Source: Lingula anatina (lineage: Eukaryota > Animalia > Brachiopoda). From it: a stretch of DNA of 64,000 nt. Below the pieces are notes generated by a model. It ran no database searches and was not told the origin of the DNA. It saw nothing but the letters and a program-made list of their open reading frames with translations. The position numbers and the translations under genes are program-made. Position 1 is the stretch's first letter, and every line of letters starts with the position of its first letter. Positions 60,380 to 64,000 of this stretch are shown in pieces. The stretch is taken from contig CM120643.1 in assembly GCA_051362555.1 (NCBI GenBank), forward strand, positions 26,354,848 to 26,418,847, read 5' to 3'.

Positions 60380-61970
60380 GTAACTAATGGAATGCTGGGA
60401 AGCATGATTCCTTAGAACATGTTCATGTTGTTTTTAAAGTATTTTTTGTATGTTATATAATTTTTGATCCCTTGTTGATTCTTGAATGGTGTCACGTAGA
60501 CAGGTGATTGTTTTGAATGCTGTTCCCAGGTTTCAAATGTAAAGAATGATGTAACATTTTGTACACCCTGGCTCAAGGTTTTATAAGTGCTGTTAGCTTT
60601 CTATCACTATTTGTGGTCTTGTTTAACATTGTGGTAAGTTGTCATATTACAATGAAGATGTTCTAATGAAAAAAAGTCGAGGGATTACACCCACTCTTGA
60701 ACACTGAAATTGAATAACTTTTGTCCAGAGTTTACAAGATCAGTCTTTTGATTTTTATATTTGTCTGAATAGATTGAATGCCATCAGTTGTATCGTGTTT
60801 AGTGTCCTTAGATGTGTTTGCACTTAAGATATGATTGTCACCCTACAAGAATTTCCTGGCTTTGGATTATTTTCACTCTTTTTATATATTGATAATGAAA
60901 ATTAGTTTAACTACTGCAATTTTTTATCAGTACACAGTCAGCACTCATTGTGTAATTACTGTCTTCCCTTTGAAAATCATATTTAAGAGTGTTCTGGTTG
61001 TGTTTTCTCCCCAAACGAAGGTATGCTAGCACCTTTTGAAAGACCCATCTCCACTGTGTTATCAAACTTACACACTTATTAGTCCATCAAGACCTGCCAC
61101 CATATAAAAAAAAGCACAATTATCAGTGTATGCAAACCTGCCACCAGCTAATTATCAAAATCACAGTGACCACTTTCTGAGGACTCTGTGTGTCACCACT
61201 GCTTGAAGTGAGAATGAATGTCACCAGAAGAAAAGATAGAATTGTGTTCTATTTCACCGAGTCACACTCACTTTTTCTGGTTCACTTTTGTTCTTCAAAG
61301 TACTTGCTTTTAAATTTCATATGGTGTAATTTGTACATCTTGATCCGTAGTTTGTTCTGTATATCAATCTCAAAATTGCATATAAAATTTTGCTTATTTG
61401 TTGGCTTGCTTGTCCGTTTCTTTGTTTGCTTGTTTGTTTTCAGTTTACCTCTAGTTTCTTTTTTATATATATGTATGTTTGCTTGGTGTCTAATTGTGTT
61501 GTTTTGTTTTATGTATTTGTTTTAGGGATTATGTTTTTAATATTCCATGATGGATCTGTTTTCAGTGGTGAATGCTTAAACTGGTGTACATATCTAGATT
61601 CCATAGTGTTGGCCGGGATACTAGAACCCCTTTCTAACAGAAAAGCTTAATTTTGAATTTGGCAATAGCATTGCCCCATACCTCGAAATTTTTATTTTTG
61701 ATTGGAAACTTTTTCAATGAGTGAAAATACCTTATTTGTTACGTGTCGTGGGGCAGGGATTCCTCTACAATGATAATTTTAACATTTCATATAGCTTTCT
61801 GAAATACTTTGCCCCTCCAGAACTGCATGTTTTTCTGTGTCTCTTTGTTATCAAGATAATATGATGTGTGGATATATAGATAGATCTACATATATTTCTG
61901 TCTTTGATCAGTTATATTTTTCTATCTAGGTTGATCTCAATCAAAATACTCCCCAATCTTCTTACTTTAG

Positions 61971-62140
61971 GGAGTATCAAATGAAGAGTTGCACTTCAGT
62001 GAAAAGTGGTTTCATGGGAAGCTTGAGGGTGGGCGACGTAGAGCGGAGGAGCTATTGAACGAGTACGCAGTCCTCGGCGACGGCACATTCCTAGTTCGAG
62101 AAAGCGACACATTTGTCGGTGATTTTTCCCTCTCCTTTTG
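61971..62140 (+). CDS. PLCG1: PLC-gamma exon 18a (N-SH2 first half, canonical)
   Basis: [57 protein letters not shown]; 170 nt, phase 0-2. Confidence 0.96.
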
Positions 62141-62222
62141 GTAAGTCCCAGCGCCCTCGTTGTCTCCCCTTTCTTCCTAGCATGGCATGGAGTTTGACAC
62201 TGTGTATTAATGTTACCCTTAG

Positions 62223-62392
62223 GTTAGGGAATTGCATTTTTCCGAAGAGTGGTACCATGACTATATTCGAGGAAACGGGTCACGCCAGACCGCTGAGAGC
62301 CTCTTGATTCAGTGGGGACCTGCTAAAGGCGACGGAACTTTCTTGGTCCGCCATAGCAAGGAGTTTGTGGGTAGTTTTACTCTGTCGTTTTG
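62223..62392 (+). CDS. PLCG1: PLC-gamma exon 18b (alternative N-SH2 first half, mutually exclusive candidate)
   Basis: [57 protein letters not shown]; cccttag acceptor, GTATGT donor, 170 nt, phase 0-2, no stops. Confidence 0.85.
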
Positions 62393-63430
62393 GTATGTAT
62401 AGGCGTTTGATTGCATGGTGAATTTGATGAAGTGAGTTATTTAGAAAGTTAGATGACACTTTATTGCTTGCACCATTTGGTGAGTCCGGATTTAGAGTGG
62501 AATGTGTCAGTCACTGTGTGCTGCACTCTTTTTAAAGACCACTTAATATAGCTGTCTTGTATGCCGTAGTTTAATATATTGACTGAAAACTTGTTTTGTA
62601 GTCCATGTATTACATTTTGTTTTGTTTTTGTTTTTAATTTTTGAAGTGCTGTGTCCACTTCACACACTGATGTATTGTTTGTTTCATGAAACACCATGTG
62701 ACAAAAGAGCACAATTTAATTGTTTACTTACATATTGATATTGGTTTTTGTTTAAAGTAAAAGACTCTAATCTGCTTATTGCTTCTTGTTAGATATAATC
62801 TAAGTAAGTTGCTCATGTGTACTGTGTGTGATCTTATATGAAGTAACAGTCTGAATGTAAGAATTATAACCTACAATAATCACTCATGTTTCTGAAGTCG
62901 CCTATTTTAAGTTGTAAATTATAAAAAGAAATGTAGTTGCAAAAAGTTTTTGGCTCACCTGTCAGGAATAACTAACAAAAATTAATTAACCTTAAATTAT
63001 CGGCCTTGTTCAAGCTTATATTAGTGAGTTATTTTTATAATCTAGGGCTTTTGTAATCAAACAGCTGTCATCTTATGATTTATGCTTTCATAAATGAAGA
63101 ATTATGGCAAATAAAAATTATCTCTGTAACACTGTTCACTTCTAAGATTTATACTTTGTTAAGAATCTATACCTGTTAACATCAACTGATAGCTGAGCTT
63201 TAGCTTACTCCACTTAATATTATTGCTATTACCTATTTTATCAATAAATTACCTACTTACATTCTTTGCTGTGTATTTGAGGTATTTCTTGTAATTTATC
63301 TGCTTGTCTTGTATACATTAGTCTTTTTCAATATTTCCTCGAAAAAACTATGGCAGTGTTTCTCTCATTTCTCTTCATCTGATTAACACAAGATGATCAG
63401 TAAAAAGTTCACTAATAATTTCTTCCTCAG

Positions 63431-63631
63431 GCGTCAGGGGAAAGTGAACCACTGTCGTATCAAGTCCCGTCAAGAGCGCGGCGAGATCCGCTACTACTTG
63501 ATAGACAACGTGCTGTTTGAAAGCTTGTACAGTCTGGTCACATTCTACCGTAATAACCCCCTGCGAAGTCAGGACTTTGAAATGATCCTGGGGGACCCGG
63601 TTCCTCAGCCCCAGAGTCACAAAGGACAGAA
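63431..63631 (+). CDS. PLCG1: PLC-gamma exon 19 (N-SH2 second half)
   Basis: RQGKVNHCRIKSRQERGEIRYYLIDNVLFESLYSLVTFYRNNPLRSQDFEMILGDPVPQP. Confidence 0.96.
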
Positions 63632-64000
63632 GTAAGTTTGCTGTGTAGTATCATAGTTATTTTAATGGTGTTATTGTAATGAGGTAAATGAACCTTTCAG
63701 AGCTAGATTTTCTTGGATTAAAGAGCATTTATTAAAAATTGATTGAATTTTTTAAAAGTCAGATTAATTGTTACTTTTATAAGTTATGCCTGCTTAAGTT
63801 TAAAAATGCGTATTTTGAAAATGATTTTGATAATTGCAATTATGGTTACGTTCACGGGTAGTCATCGGAAGATGGAAAAGAAGATTTACCTGACTAATGA
63901 TGCCATGAAACTTCATAATGTGTATACGTTCTATTTTTCAGGCAGCACCATGAAGGCATTCTTTAAATTTTTTCTGTAGCATATTCTATACACCCTGTAT

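Larger units (their letters stand above)
16811..63631 (+). other. PLCG1: Phospholipase C-gamma gene body (3' part lies outside the window)
   Basis: 19 GT-AG exons with consistent phases encode PH, EF-hand, catalytic X box ([25 protein letters not shown]), split PH and N-SH2 domains. Confidence 0.95.

Noticed and set aside
5900-63631. RHS toxin, PLC-gamma and TRIM as one functional immune cluster
   Set aside because: Adjacency alone is weak evidence in animal genomes; no shared regulatory signal seen

Overview
AT-rich, repeat-rich animal genomic DNA; spliceosomal introns and the TE spectrum suggest a marine invertebrate such as a mollusc (inference). Three things dominate. (1) 5900-11878 (+) is a single-coding-exon 1992-aa gene of bacterial polymorphic-toxin architecture: signal peptide, SpvB/TcB-like N-terminus, seven-bladed propeller resembling the fungal GlcNAc lectin PVL, YD/RHS shell, DPSG autocleavage motif, and a cationic amphipathic/Gly-rich C-terminal cargo. 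It appears domesticated, with a Kozak ATG, splice acceptor, candidate 5' UTR exon with a kappaB-site promoter, and polyA signals. (2) From 16811 to beyond the window end lies a phospholipase C-gamma gene. I could chain 19 phase-consistent exons, plus a candidate 12-nt microexon and a pair of 170-nt mutually exclusive exons encoding alternative halves of the N-terminal SH2 domain. Two of its splice donors are amplified into long tandem arrays. (3) Its 19.6-kb intron 14 holds an antisense intronless TRIM-NHL gene and a triple-nested insertion (piggyBac-like > ISL2EU-like > full-length two-ORF L1-clade LINE). All calls are by eye; no database searches were run.
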